In this document: one piece after another, positions 22,060 through 31,326 of the stretch
How the letters are laid out: the number at the start of each line of letters is the position of its first letter
Numbering within the stretch: position 1 is the stretch's first letter
NCBI GenBank assembly: GCA_963782055.1
Contig: CAWAIF010000003.1
Coordinates: 2,464,001 to 2,528,000 of the forward strand
Reading direction: 5' to 3'
DNA from: an uncultured delta proteobacterium
Lineage (GTDB): Bacteria; Myxococcota_A; Polyangia; Polyangiales; Polyangiaceae
DNA: 64,000 nucleotides
Made by a program: the position numbers and the translations under genes
Notes under the pieces: model-generated
Seen by the model: the letters and a program-made list of their open reading frames with translations, nothing else
Databases searched by the model: none
What the model was told of the DNA's origin: nothing

Positions 22060-22427
22060 GAGCGTGAGCAAGAATTGCTCACGCTTCCGAATCGCGCGGT
22101 GAAGCCGCGCGCCGCGTCGGTGGGGACCCCGAAAAACCGCGTTTTTCGGGTCGGGGCGGCGCGTGCCGCCCCGAGATGACAAGGCAAGAGCGTGAGCGGA
22201 AGGATTTCTGCTCACGCTCTGACCCGACGCCGCGGTCTCCGGCAGGCTTCAACCGCCCCGCCGGAGACCGCCCGCATGCTCCGCGATCCTGGCACCCCCA
22301 CTCCTTCTCCCTCCACCTTGTCCCACCCCCTTCTCCCTCCCCCCTCCCCATTCGCGCCCGCGCCCGCGCCCGTCCCCCCGGATCGGCAACGTCGCCGATC
22401 TTTCGGCAACGTTGCCGATCGCGCGCC

Positions 22428-22751
22428 TCAGCGCGCCCCGACGAGGCGCACCAGCGTGCCGAGCACGTGATCCACGCGATCGCGCAGCCCGTCCGGGAGT
22501 TCCTGCAAGTAGCCGAGCGCCGTGGCCACCTCGAAGCAAGCCAGCACCTCCCGGAGCGAGCCGAGGGCGTTGTGGTAGCGCGCCCTGCGGTTTCGCCCCT
22601 GCGAGTACATCCCCTCGGCCACGTTGAGCGGTGCGCTCGCCAGCGCGCGCCGGCACTGCCGCGCGAGATCCGGATCATGCCGCTCCAGCTCTCGCACCAG
22701 AGGTGCTAGCGCCCGCACGAGCTCCAGCAGCACAGGATAGATTCGCAACAT
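22428..22751 (-). CDS. Four-helix-bundle protein, copy 2
   Basis: DLARQCRRALASAPLNVAEG...ALGSLREVLAC..VATALGY; GAGGAG RBS; close paralog of copy 1. Confidence 0.88.
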   Translation of the reverse strand: MLRIYPVLLELVRALAPLVRELERHDPDLARQCRRALASAPLNVAEGMYSQGRNRRARYHNALGSLREVLACFEVATALGYLQELPDGLRDRVDHVLGTLVRLVGAR

Positions 22752-22915
22752 CGTCGACTCCTCGCATGCGCCCGCGCACCGTGCGCGGGGGCCCCCGCCC
22801 AAGCCCGCCGCGCGCAGGAGTCCGCAAGGCTGCGAGCGCCAGCGAGCACGGCGAGGCCGGCCCCGGCCTTGCGGACTCCGAGCACGGCGGGACGATGACC
22901 TACCCCCGAGCGATG
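22752..22915 (-). ncRNA. Candidate structured leader, copy 2
   Basis: Same 14-bp stem (22817-22830 / 22866-22879) with a shorter loop. Confidence 0.45.
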
Positions 22916-22949
22916 CCCTTCCCACACGTGTCAGCGATGTCCTGTCCTA

Positions 22950-23090
22950 CGCCGCCCGCGCCCGCCCTCGCGCCGCGCCCGCCCTCGCGCCGCGCCCGCC
23001 CTCGCGCCCGCGCTCGCCCTCGCGCCCGCGCTCGCCCTCGCGCCCGCGCTCGCCCTCGCGCCCGCGCTCGCCCCGCCCCCCCCCGCGCCT
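22950..23090. repeat. 18-bp-period GC repeat (CGCCCTCGCGCCCGCGCT)
   Basis: Directly visible upstream of leader copy 2. Confidence 0.85.
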
Positions 23091-23101
23091 GCGGTGTGGG
23101 C

Positions 23102-23710
23102 TCAGCCCTCTGGCCTCGGCAAGCGCTTCGCCGTGGGAACCTCCGGAGGGAGCTGGTCCAGCCCCGAGTACACCTCGTCGAGCGGGACCTGGATCCCCGC
23201 GCTGTCCAGTCGCACCGCCCCGTGGCCGGCGTGCGTGTGCAGGACCCACTCCTCCGGGTTGTCCGTCGCGCGAACGTAGCGCTCGACGAACGGCTCGTCG
23301 GTGGCCACGAGGAGGATCTCCTTCACCGACTCGACGCGCCGGTAGTGGGCGAACTTCGCGCCGCGATCGTAGGCCTCGGTGGAGGGGGAGAGCACCTCGA
23401 CGAGCACCGTGGGGTTCACCACGGTGTCGTCGTGGCCTGGGTGCGCCCGCACGCCCCCGCACACGATGGTCAGGTCCGGGTACGTGTAGAGGCCCGTCTG
23501 GTGCACGAGGATGCGCTGGTCGCTCGTGAGGGCGACGCAGGGCTTGCCGCGCAGTCGCGTGGCGACCGCGGCCGTGAGGTTGGCGCTCACGAGGTTGTGT
23601 CGCGGGGTCCCGCCGGCCATCGCGAACACCTGTCCGTCGAGGTACTCGCTCTTGCTCTCGGCGGATCGCTCCCGGGCGATGTACTCGTCCTCCGAGAGGC
23701 GGCCGGTCAT
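23102..23710 (-). CDS. Uma2/DUF820 family endonuclease-fold protein
   Basis: KSEYLDGQVFAMAGGT..HN, YTYPD, LVEVLSPSTEAYDRGAKF. Confidence 0.9.
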   Translation of the reverse strand: MTGRLSEDEYIARERSAESKSEYLDGQVFAMAGGTPRHNLVSANLTAAVATRLRGKPCVALTSDQRILVHQTGLYTYPDLTIVCGGVRAHPGHDDTVVNPTVLVEVLSPSTEAYDRGAKFAHYRRVESVKEILLVATDEPFVERYVRATDNPEEWVLHTHAGHGAVRLDSAGIQVPLDEVYSGLDQLPPEVPTAKRLPRPEG

Positions 23711-24624
23711 CTCTTCCCCTGCACCTTCTTGCTGTAGATCGTCGCCCCCAGCGTCGCCGGGTCGGTCCGCTTCAGCGGGGCGTCCCCCAGCCGCGACGTC
23801 ACCGTCTCCGCCTGCCACCACACCATCCGCGCGAGCGCACGCGCGCGGTCCACCGGGCGGTCCGCCGCCGCGCGCGCGAGCACGCGCAGGGCGAGCTGTC
23901 CGCGCGGCTCGATGCTTCGCAGCCACTGCATGGCGCGCACGTACCTCGCGCGGGGCGGACGGCGAGCAATCCGCTCGCGCACCTCCGCCCAGGCCGCCAC
24001 GCCTCGCTCGCGCGCCATCCAGTCGGCGACGACCCAGCCCACCGTGGCGCAGCCCGCCTCTCGCAGGCGCCCGACGAGCCGCTGCGCGTCGAACTCCGCG
24101 CGCTCCGGGATGCGCTCGACGTCCTTCAGGGACCACGCGAAGGCGTGGATGAACTTGTCCTTGAAGACGTTCTGCACCAGCACCAGCGCGTGGTCGTCGA
24201 AGTCGGGGAGCAGGTGCGGGAAGCCGAAGACGTCGCTGCGCGTCGCGCGCGCGATCATGTCGTCCACCGTCACGCGGCAGAGGCCCGGCGGGCCGGGGAA
24301 GCTCTCCACGTCGACCATCACCTCGCGGAGGACGAAGCCGACGTTCCTGTAGGCGCGCATCCGCTGAAAGACGCGCCAGCCCTCGCGTCGACCGAGCGCG
24401 AGCACACGATCGAAGTCGCGCGGGCGGATGCGCACGTCCACGTCGGTGAGCGGGCGATCCGCGACGTCGTCGTAGAGGGTGCGCGCGCTGACGATGCCCT
24501 TGACCGGCAGCACGTCGATGCCCGCGCGGTCGCACGCGCGGGTGAAGTCGCGCAGCGCCTCGAGGTGACGCACCTGCAGCGCCCACGCGGTGAGCCGGTC
24601 CCGGCTCGCAGCTCTGGTGCTCAC
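23707..24624 (-). CDS. Nucleotidyltransferase family protein (NTP_transf_5-like)
   Basis: LPVKG...LY...RPLTDVDV motif; GTG start overlaps the upstream stop. Confidence 0.75.
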   Translation of the reverse strand: MSTRAASRDRLTAWALQVRHLEALRDFTRACDRAGIDVLPVKGIVSARTLYDDVADRPLTDVDVRIRPRDFDRVLALGRREGWRVFQRMRAYRNVGFVLREVMVDVESFPGPPGLCRVTVDDMIARATRSDVFGFPHLLPDFDDHALVLVQNVFKDKFIHAFAWSLKDVERIPERAEFDAQRLVGRLREAGCATVGWVVADWMARERGVAAWAEVRERIARRPPRARYVRAMQWLRSIEPRGQLALRVLARAAADRPVDRARALARMVWWQAETVTSRLGDAPLKRTDPATLGATIYSKKVQGKR

Positions 24625-24839
24625 CTCGGGCTCACGCCTCTCCGCGCGCGCCACTCTTCCCACGTCATGACGCGTCCGGGCGCGTCCATCGGGCGGTCCA
24701 GGAGCCACGCGCGCAGGCGCGCGCCAATCTGCGCGTCGGTCTCCTCCGGGTGTGCGCGGCGGAGCTGCAGGCGCTTCATGTCAATCCCGGCCTCCATGAG
24801 GTCGAGGGCGAGAAGGCCCCTGGCGGCGGTCTTGTCCAC
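24621..24839 (-). CDS. Small hypothetical protein coupled to the nucleotidyltransferase
   Basis: 72 aa, LRRAHPEETDAQIGARLRAWL; GTGA overlap with the next gene. Confidence 0.6.
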   Translation of the reverse strand: MDKTAARGLLALDLMEAGIDMKRLQLRRAHPEETDAQIGARLRAWLLDRPMDAPGRVMTWEEWRARRGVSPR

Positions 24840-24950
24840 GGCTCGTAGGATAGCGCACCCGTCGTCGGACGTCCGGCGCGGGCAACGGCCCCGCCCTTGC
24901 TCGCCGGTTGCCTTTCACGCCGTGGCGCCCAAGTGTAGAGTTGCGCCCTG

Positions 24951-26423
24951 ATGATTACCTTGAAGAGGGTGGGCAAGGGGCTCGCGGCGCTCGTCGTCGT
25001 GGGGGTGGGGGTCGTGGCGTGCAGCGACTCCAAGTGTCCTGCGGGTCAGGCGTGTGATGGGGTGGACGGCGGGGGGATCGCGCCGCCGGACGTGTCCGGC
25101 GGCGGGTGCGACTCCAACAAGCCTGCCGCGCAGGGCGGGTGCGCCGTCGACGACTCCGACGGCTTCTTCGTCGCCGCGGGCGGCAACGACTCCGGGCCCG
25201 GCACCAGGGACCAGCCCTTCCTCACCATCGGCGCGGGCGTGAGCGCGGCGAAGGCGGGCGCGAAGAAGAACGTCTACGTGTGCGCGGGCAAGTACGACGA
25301 GTCCATCGTCATCGACGCGGCCGCGAGCGGCGTCGCGCTGCACGGCGGCTTCGCCTGCCCGGGCAGCGCCGACGCGTGGAAGCACACCGGCGCGCCGACG
25401 CTGGTGCAGCCGTCCAAGCCCGGGCTGGTGCTGAAGGTGGCGGGATCGCCCGCGGTGATCGAGGACCTGTCCCTCGTCGCCGCCGACGCCGTCGATCCTG
25501 GCGACTCCAGCGTGGTGGCGCTGGTCGACGCCGCACCGGGCATGACCTTCCGGCGCGCGACGCTCACCGCCGGCAACGGCATGACCGGCGCCGCCGGCGC
25601 GGCCATCGCGCAGGCCGCGCAGCAGTCGAGCGGGAAGGACGCGACCCTCCAGGCCGAAGGCAACAGCACGACCTGCACGTGCGGCGACGGGTCCAGCACG
25701 ACCGGAGGTCACGGGAGTCACTTTGGCGTCGGGGGCACTGCAGGTCAGCCCACGGTCGATGGCGATCTCACCACGGGGCTGCCCGGCGACAACACGTACT
25801 GCAACGGCACCGGGCACGGTGGTGGCGGGCATGACGGCGACCCAGGCGCGGCGTCGAACGGTGCGACATCGTTCGGACAGTTGACGAGCCAAGGATGGGC
25901 GCCGCAGGGAGGGGCGGTCGGCAAGGCGGGATCCGTGGCGCAGGGCGGCGGAGGGGGCGGCGGTGAGGGGCCCGGTGGAAACGGCGGTGGCGGCGGATGT
26001 GGAGGCTGCGGCGGGGCGGGCGGTGCGGGCGGAGAGGGCGGCGGTGGGAGCATCGCCATCCTCTCGCTCAACTCGACGCTTCGCCTTCAGTTCTCCACGG
26101 TGAGGACCGGCAAGGCGGGCGACGGCGGCGACGGCAACTCCGGCCAGATCGGTCAGGTCGGGGGTGTGGGTGGCGGCGGGGCGCCGGTGAGCACGCCCGG
26201 CTGCGACGGCGGCAATGGCGGCAATGGCGGCAACGGCGGTCCCGGCGGCGGCGGCGCGGGAGGGGTCTCCTACGGCATCGCGTACATCGGCGCCGCGCCC
26301 GACGTGGACACCGTGACCATCATCACGCCCGGCACCGCCGGCAAGGCCGGCCACGGCGGCGCGCCGCAGGTCCCCGCGGGCGACGGCGTCCCCGGCGAGG
26401 CGAAGGCGCAGAAGGCCTTCTGA
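24951..26423 (+). CDS. Glycine-rich (PGRS-like) lipoprotein
   Basis: Lipobox VVAC; FV...GNDSGPGT...PF.TI..G motif; long GGxGG tracts. Confidence 0.8.
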   Translation: MITLKRVGKGLAALVVVGVGVVACSDSKCPAGQACDGVDGGGIAPPDVSGGGCDSNKPAAQGGCAVDDSDGFFVAAGGNDSGPGTRDQPFLTIGAGVSAAKAGAKKNVYVCAGKYDESIVIDAAASGVALHGGFACPGSADAWKHTGAPTLVQPSKPGLVLKVAGSPAVIEDLSLVAADAVDPGDSSVVALVDAAPGMTFRRATLTAGNGMTGAAGAAIAQAAQQSSGKDATLQAEGNSTTCTCGDGSSTTGGHGSHFGVGGTAGQPTVDGDLTTGLPGDNTYCNGTGHGGGGHDGDPGAASNGATSFGQLTSQGWAPQGGAVGKAGSVAQGGGGGGGEGPGGNGGGGGCGGCGGAGGAGGEGGGGSIAILSLNSTLRLQFSTVRTGKAGDGGDGNSGQIGQVGGVGGGGAPVSTPGCDGGNGGNGGNGGPGGGGAGGVSYGIAYIGAAPDVDTVTIITPGTAGKAGHGGAPQVPAGDGVPGEAKAQKAF

Positions 26424-26426
26424 GGA

Positions 26427-28934
26427 CTACCGCCGCGGCGCAGGCGGCGAGGCGTGGATGGGGTCCTCCGGCCACGCGTGCCGCGGGTACTTCCGCATCA
26501 GCTCCTTGCGGATCCCCGCGTAGTGCCGTGACCAGAAGCCGGCGAGATCGGTCGTCACCTGCACCGCGCGCTGGTTGGGCGCGAGCAGGTGCACCACCAG
26601 CGGCGTGCGCCCCTCGCCGATGCGCGGCGTGTCCGTCGTGCCGAAGAAGTCCTGCAGGCGCGAGGCGACGTACGGCGGCTTGCCGGGCTCGTAGCGCACC
26701 TTCACGACGCGGCCGGAGGGGAGCGTGACGCGCGCGGGCGCCATGCGATCGATGCGCGCCGCCGTCGCGCCCAGCTCGGCCCGCAGCAGGTCCACCAGGG
26801 ACACCTCGCGCACCTCCTCCAGGGAGAGCTTGCCCTCGCACGCCGATCGCAGCGCCGCGCGCACGCGCGCCTCGTCGACCTCCGGGACCGCGGGATCGAC
26901 GCCGTGGGCGAAGGCGGCGCGCGCGACGAGCGTCGACAGCTCGCCCGCCGGCGCGAAGGTGTGCGGGCCCTTCGCCAGCGCCACCTCCGCCAGCACCCGC
27001 GCGGTGGCCTCGTCGCGCGGCGCAGGGCCGCGGCTCTCGTCGATGACCAGGCCCTCGTAGACCATGCGGCTCACCGCCTCGACGCGGCCGGAGGCCGGCA
27101 CGAAGACGCGCTCGTCCTCGTCGCGGATGCGCTCCGGCGCGGCGTCGATGAGCTGCATGGCGTCGACGGCGCTGGCCACCCGCACCAGCGGCTTGCCCGC
27201 GCGCTGCTCGGCGTCGACGGCCACCATGAGCGGCGCGTCGCGCACCACGCTGGTCTCGGCGAGCTCCGCCGAGCCGCCGCCGGCGAGGGCGAGGGAGCGG
27301 CCGCTCACCCGGCGGGCGACGCGATCGGTGTATCCTGCAAGGATCGACGCGAGCAGCGCGTCCTCCGACTTCGCGTGGTCCGCGGGCGGCCCCGCGAGGG
27401 GCGCGGCGATCCTCGCCAGCTGCTTCTCCGCGCGCGCGGCGGCGCGCACCGCCCCCGGATCGAGCCCCGCGGCGCGCAGCGCGCCGGCCGAGAAGCCCGC
27501 CGCCTCCGCCTCGCGGAAGGCGTCGAGCATCGCCAGCACGTCGCTCGGCTCGGTGGCGAGGCCCCGGGCGCGCTCGCGATCCCGGCCAGCCAGGCGCACG
27601 TCGCGCTCCCCCAGCAGCGCGGCGATGGCGCAGCCGTCGTCGGTGACGCCGCGCGCGCACGCCTCGACGAGCACGCGGGCGAGGCGCGGGTGGAGCGGAA
27701 AGCGGAGCATCGCGCGTCCGGTCCCGGTGACGCGCCCCTCGTCGTCCAGGGCGGCGAGCCGGCGCAGCAAGGCCTCCGCGGCGTCCCAGGCCGCCGGCGA
27801 CGGCGGGGTGAGCCAGTCCAGCGAGGTGATCCCCGCGGCGCGCAGCTCGAGGAGCGTCGGCGCGAGGTCGACGCGCAAGAGCTCGGGGATCTCGTGCTCG
27901 GGGCGCGTGTCGAGGTCGGCCTTCGTGTACAGGCGGTAGGCGCGGCCCTCCCGCGTGCGCCCCGCGCGGCCGGCGCGCTGCACGCACGAGGCGCGGCTCG
28001 CCTTCTCCACGCGCAGGGTGGGCAGCCCGGACCACGGCGCGTGGCCCGCGCGGCGGACCAGGCCGCTGTCGACCACCGCGACGACGCCGTCGATCGTCAG
28101 GCTGGACTCCGCCACGTTGGTCGACACGATGATCTTCCGGCGGTCCGCGCGCCGCACCGCGCGGTCCTGCTCCTCCGCGGGCAGGTCCCCGTACAGCGGC
28201 AGCAGGAGCGCGTCGTGCTTCGCGGCGAGGGCGCCGCACGCCTCGATGGCGCGGCGGATCTCCGCGGCGCCGGGCAGGAAGACGAGCACGTCACCCTCCG
28301 GCTCGTCGGCGAGGGCGCGTCGCACCGCGGACGCCACGCGCGACTCCAGCGGGCGGTCGTCCTCGCGCTCGGCGTGCTCGACGCGTACGTCGAAGCGCCG
28401 GCCCTCGCTGCGCAGCACCTCGCACCCGAGGAAGTCGGCGACGGGCGTGGCGTCCAGCGTGGCCGACATGGCGATGACGCGGATGTCCGGCCGCGCGGTG
28501 CGCTGCAGGCGGCGGAGCAGGGCGAGGGCGACGTCGGCGTGGACGTGCCGCTCGTGCAGCTCGTCGAGCACCACCACGCTCACGCCGCGCAGCTCCGGGT
28601 CGGAGAGCATGCGGCGGGTGAGCACGCCCTCCGTCACGAAGCGCAGGCGCGTCGCCGCGCTGGTGCGGTCGTCGAAGCGGACGGTGTAGCCGACGCGCTC
28701 GCCCAGCCGCTCGCCGGTCTCCTCCGCCACGCGCTTCGCCGCCATGCGCGTCGCGATGCGTCGCGGCTCGAGCACCACGATCTCCCCGCGCGCCCACGTC
28801 GCGTCCAGGAGCGCGGGCGGCACGCGCGTCGTCTTGCCCGCGCCGGGCGGCGCCTCCAGCACCAGACCTGTCGCGGCCTCGAGTCGCGCGCGGATGTCAG
28901 GCAGCAGTGCGTCGACGGGCAGCGGCTCGCGCAT
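26427..28934 (-). CDS. hrpB: ATP-dependent RNA helicase HrpB
   Basis: APPGAGKTT, DELHER, MSAT, QRAGRAGR, C-terminal YPRHAWPEDP. Confidence 0.95.
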   Translation of the reverse strand: MREPLPVDALLPDIRARLEAATGLVLEAPPGAGKTTRVPPALLDATWARGEIVVLEPRRIATRMAAKRVAEETGERLGERVGYTVRFDDRTSAATRLRFVTEGVLTRRMLSDPELRGVSVVVLDELHERHVHADVALALLRRLQRTARPDIRVIAMSATLDATPVADFLGCEVLRSEGRRFDVRVEHAEREDDRPLESRVASAVRRALADEPEGDVLVFLPGAAEIRRAIEACGALAAKHDALLLPLYGDLPAEEQDRAVRRADRRKIIVSTNVAESSLTIDGVVAVVDSGLVRRAGHAPWSGLPTLRVEKASRASCVQRAGRAGRTREGRAYRLYTKADLDTRPEHEIPELLRVDLAPTLLELRAAGITSLDWLTPPSPAAWDAAEALLRRLAALDDEGRVTGTGRAMLRFPLHPRLARVLVEACARGVTDDGCAIAALLGERDVRLAGRDRERARGLATEPSDVLAMLDAFREAEAAGFSAGALRAAGLDPGAVRAAARAEKQLARIAAPLAGPPADHAKSEDALLASILAGYTDRVARRVSGRSLALAGGGSAELAETSVVRDAPLMVAVDAEQRAGKPLVRVASAVDAMQLIDAAPERIRDEDERVFVPASGRVEAVSRMVYEGLVIDESRGPAPRDEATARVLAEVALAKGPHTFAPAGELSTLVARAAFAHGVDPAVPEVDEARVRAALRSACEGKLSLEEVREVSLVDLLRAELGATAARIDRMAPARVTLPSGRVVKVRYEPGKPPYVASRLQDFFGTTDTPRIGEGRTPLVVHLLAPNQRAVQVTTDLAGFWSRHYAGIRKELMRKYPRHAWPEDPIHASPPAPRR

Positions 28935-28940
28935 GACGCT

Positions 28941-28979
28941 CCCCCTCTCCCGCGAGGGAGAGGGGGCCGGGGGGTGAGG
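28941..28979. repeat. REP-like palindrome CCCCCTCTCCC-GCGA-GGGAGAGGGGG-CCGGGGGGTGAGG
   Basis: Perfect 11-bp hairpin in an intergenic gap. Confidence 0.6.
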
Positions 28980-29822
28980 TCACTTCTTGAAGAAGATCGG
29001 CTGCCCCAGCGCCGGGTTCAACTTCACCGTCAGGTCGTGCGTGTGGATCAGCGCGACGAAGGGCACCAGGCGGAAGAACCAGAAGGGGTACCGCAGGTAG
29101 TCGAGCGCGTAGATGTGCGTCACGCTCGCCATCACGCCGATGACGATCGGCAGGATCCAGGCGGCCGCGATGTAGCCGACGAAGATCTTGATGCCCAGGC
29201 TCTTGAACTGCGGGTTGGGCAGGAAGAGCAGGCCGATGCCCGGCAAGAAGAAGCTGACGATCGCCGCCGGAAACCACGCGTTGGTGGGGAGGGCGCCGCC
29301 GCCGATGCCCATCGCCGCGAGGGGGTCCTGCTGGAAGCCGGGCTGGCCGTAGCCCTGCTGCGGGTAGCCGGGCTGCGGCGCGTAGCCCGGCGCGCCGGGT
29401 TGCTGCGGGTAGCCTTGCGGCGCCTGCTGTTGCGCGTAGCCCTGCTGCCCGGGCGGCGGGTAGCCGGGCGGCGGCGCGCCCTGCGGCGGTGCGCCCTGGG
29501 GCGGCGGAAATCCTGGCTGCTGCTGGGGCTGTCCGTACTGGGGCTGCTGCGGCTGCTGCTGCGGGTAGCCCTGCTGCTGCTGGGGCTGACCGTACTGCGG
29601 CTGCTGCGGCTGCTGCGGGTAGCCCTGCTGCGGCTGCTGCGGCGCTTGCGGCTGACCGTACTGCGGCTGCTGCGGCTGCTGCGGCTGACCGTACTGGGGC
29701 TGCTGCGGCTGCTGCGGCTGACCGTACTGGGGCTGCTGCGGCTGCTGCGGTTGTCCCTGCTGGGGCGGATAGCCCGGCGGGTATCCCGGGGGCTGTCCTC
29801 CCCCGCCTTGAAAATTCGACAT
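28980..29822 (-). CDS. Pro/Gln/Gly/Tyr-rich protein with C-terminal TM helices
   Basis: QPQQPQYG repeats followed by about 3 hydrophobic segments. Confidence 0.8.
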   Translation of the reverse strand: MSNFQGGGGQPPGYPPGYPPQQGQPQQPQQPQYGQPQQPQQPQYGQPQQPQQPQYGQPQAPQQPQQGYPQQPQQPQYGQPQQQQGYPQQQPQQPQYGQPQQQPGFPPPQGAPPQGAPPPGYPPPGQQGYAQQQAPQGYPQQPGAPGYAPQPGYPQQGYGQPGFQQDPLAAMGIGGGALPTNAWFPAAIVSFFLPGIGLLFLPNPQFKSLGIKIFVGYIAAAWILPIVIGVMASVTHIYALDYLRYPFWFFRLVPFVALIHTHDLTVKLNPALGQPIFFKK

Positions 29823-29871
29823 GGACCACGTGTACCGCGATGAGGCGGCGAGCGCAAAAGGACGAGGATGC

Positions 29872-30915
29872 TTACAGCGAACAGCCGACGAGCACGGGCT
29901 CCGGCGCGAGGCGGACGCCGAAGCGATGCTCGACGCCGTCGCGGATCGTCCGGGCCAGGTCCAGCAGCTCGCGCGTCGTCGCGTCGCCCCGGTTGACCAG
30001 CGCGAGCGCGTGCTTGCTCGAGATGCCGGCGCGTCCCGCGCCGTGGCCTCGCGTGAAGCCGGCGCGCTCGATGAGCCACGCGGCGGGGACCTTCACCCGG
30101 CCGTCGTCGCCGGGGAAGCGCGGCATGTCCACCCCGGCGCCGAGGTGCGCGCGAGCGCGCTCGGCGAGGGCATCGGCCTCCGCCACGTCCATCGTCGGGT
30201 TGGTGAAGAAGGAGCCGGCGCTCACGCTGTCGGGGTCGGCCGCGTCCAGGACCATGCCCTTCGAGCGCCGCAGGGCGAGCACCGCTTCCCGCACCGCGCG
30301 CAGCGGCGCGGGCTCGCCCTCGGCCACGCCGAGGGAGCGCGCCAGCTCGGTGTAGCGGATGGGCGCGGAGGTCTGTGACGGGCGGAGGGCGAAGACGACG
30401 CGCAGCACGACGTAGCGCGGGGTCTCCTTGAGCATGCTGTGCCGGTAGGAGAACTGGCAGTCGGCGCGCGCGAGCTCCAGGATCTCCCGCTGCTCGCGGT
30501 CCCAGACACGCACCGCCACGACGGTGTCTTTCACCTCCTGGCCGTACGCCCCGACGTTCTGCATGGGCGTCGCGCCCACCAGGCCGGGGATGCCGGAGAG
30601 GCACTCGACACCGGCGAGCCCGGCCTCCACCGACCACGCGACGAAGTCGTCCCACGGCTCGCCCGCGGCGATGTCGCAGTGCACCTCGTTCGGCCCGGCG
30701 ACGAGGCGCGTGCCGCGCACGGCGATGCGGATCACCGTGCCGTCGAAGCCCTCGTCGCCGACGACCAGGTTGCTGCCGCCGCCGACGAGCAGGAGCGGCT
30801 CGCCGCGCGCGTCCAGGTCGGCGATGGCCCCGACGAGGGCCTCCTCGCTGCCCGCCTCGATCCAGGCGCGCGCGGGCCCGCCGAGTCGCAGCGTGGTTGC
30901 GGACGAGAGGAGCAC
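29872..30915 (-). CDS. murB: UDP-N-acetylenolpyruvoylglucosamine reductase
   Basis: [39 protein letters not shown]. Confidence 0.95.
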   Translation of the reverse strand: MLLSSATTLRLGGPARAWIEAGSEEALVGAIADLDARGEPLLLVGGGSNLVVGDEGFDGTVIRIAVRGTRLVAGPNEVHCDIAAGEPWDDFVAWSVEAGLAGVECLSGIPGLVGATPMQNVGAYGQEVKDTVVAVRVWDREQREILELARADCQFSYRHSMLKETPRYVVLRVVFALRPSQTSAPIRYTELARSLGVAEGEPAPLRAVREAVLALRRSKGMVLDAADPDSVSAGSFFTNPTMDVAEADALAERARAHLGAGVDMPRFPGDDGRVKVPAAWLIERAGFTRGHGAGRAGISSKHALALVNRGDATTRELLDLARTIRDGVEHRFGVRLAPEPVLVGCSL

Positions 30916-31014
30916 CCGCCCTACTTACGCGAAGCCGGCCGGGTCGACCATCCGAAAGCGGCCCCCAGGGTCGCGACGCCGGACGCGCAGCGCAGCGCGC
31001 GCGGGGAGCGCCGC

Positions 31015-31326
31015 TCAGGGCACGAGCAGCACCTGGGCGACGAGCAGGGCGACGGCGGGCCAGAGCGCCCTCGCCGCGAGGGTCACCACGCGATCCTCCG
31101 CGCGCCGTGCGGCCGCACCGGCCAGCAGCGCGACCATGCCGCCGAGGTAGCCGACGATCCACGCGCGCCAGAAGAAGCCAGCGTGGATGCCGCCGATGAC
31201 GACGGCGGGGTTGGCCTCCGGCCAGAGGAGGTACTGCGCCACGCGCAGCACGCCGTAGGCTGCGACGGCCGTCTCCAGGCCGCAGATCAGCCCTATCGCC
31301 GCGGCGCGAGGTCGCGGCGTCATCAT
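31015..31326 (-). CDS. Small membrane protein, last gene of the radical SAM operon
   Basis: 103 aa with three hydrophobic segments; ATGA overlap with the radical SAM stop. Confidence 0.7.
   Translation of the reverse strand: MMTPRPRAAAIGLICGLETAVAAYGVLRVAQYLLWPEANPAVVIGGIHAGFFWRAWIVGYLGGMVALLAGAAARRAEDRVVTLAARALWPAVALLVAQVLLVP

Noticed and set aside
20102..22215. Long PSPFPLS / RARARA / GEGKG ORFs
   Set aside because: Translations of non-coding tandem repeats that overlap real genes
29500..29760. CAG/CTG-rich repeat as a separate DNA element
   Set aside because: Explained by in-frame QPQQPQYG coding repeats of the 28980-29822 gene
26589..29843. 1084-aa plus-strand ORF and similar long ORFs (33683-36592, 15090-17375, 49705-51957)
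   Set aside because: Antisense or alternate-frame shadows of high-GC genes with no recognisable motifs
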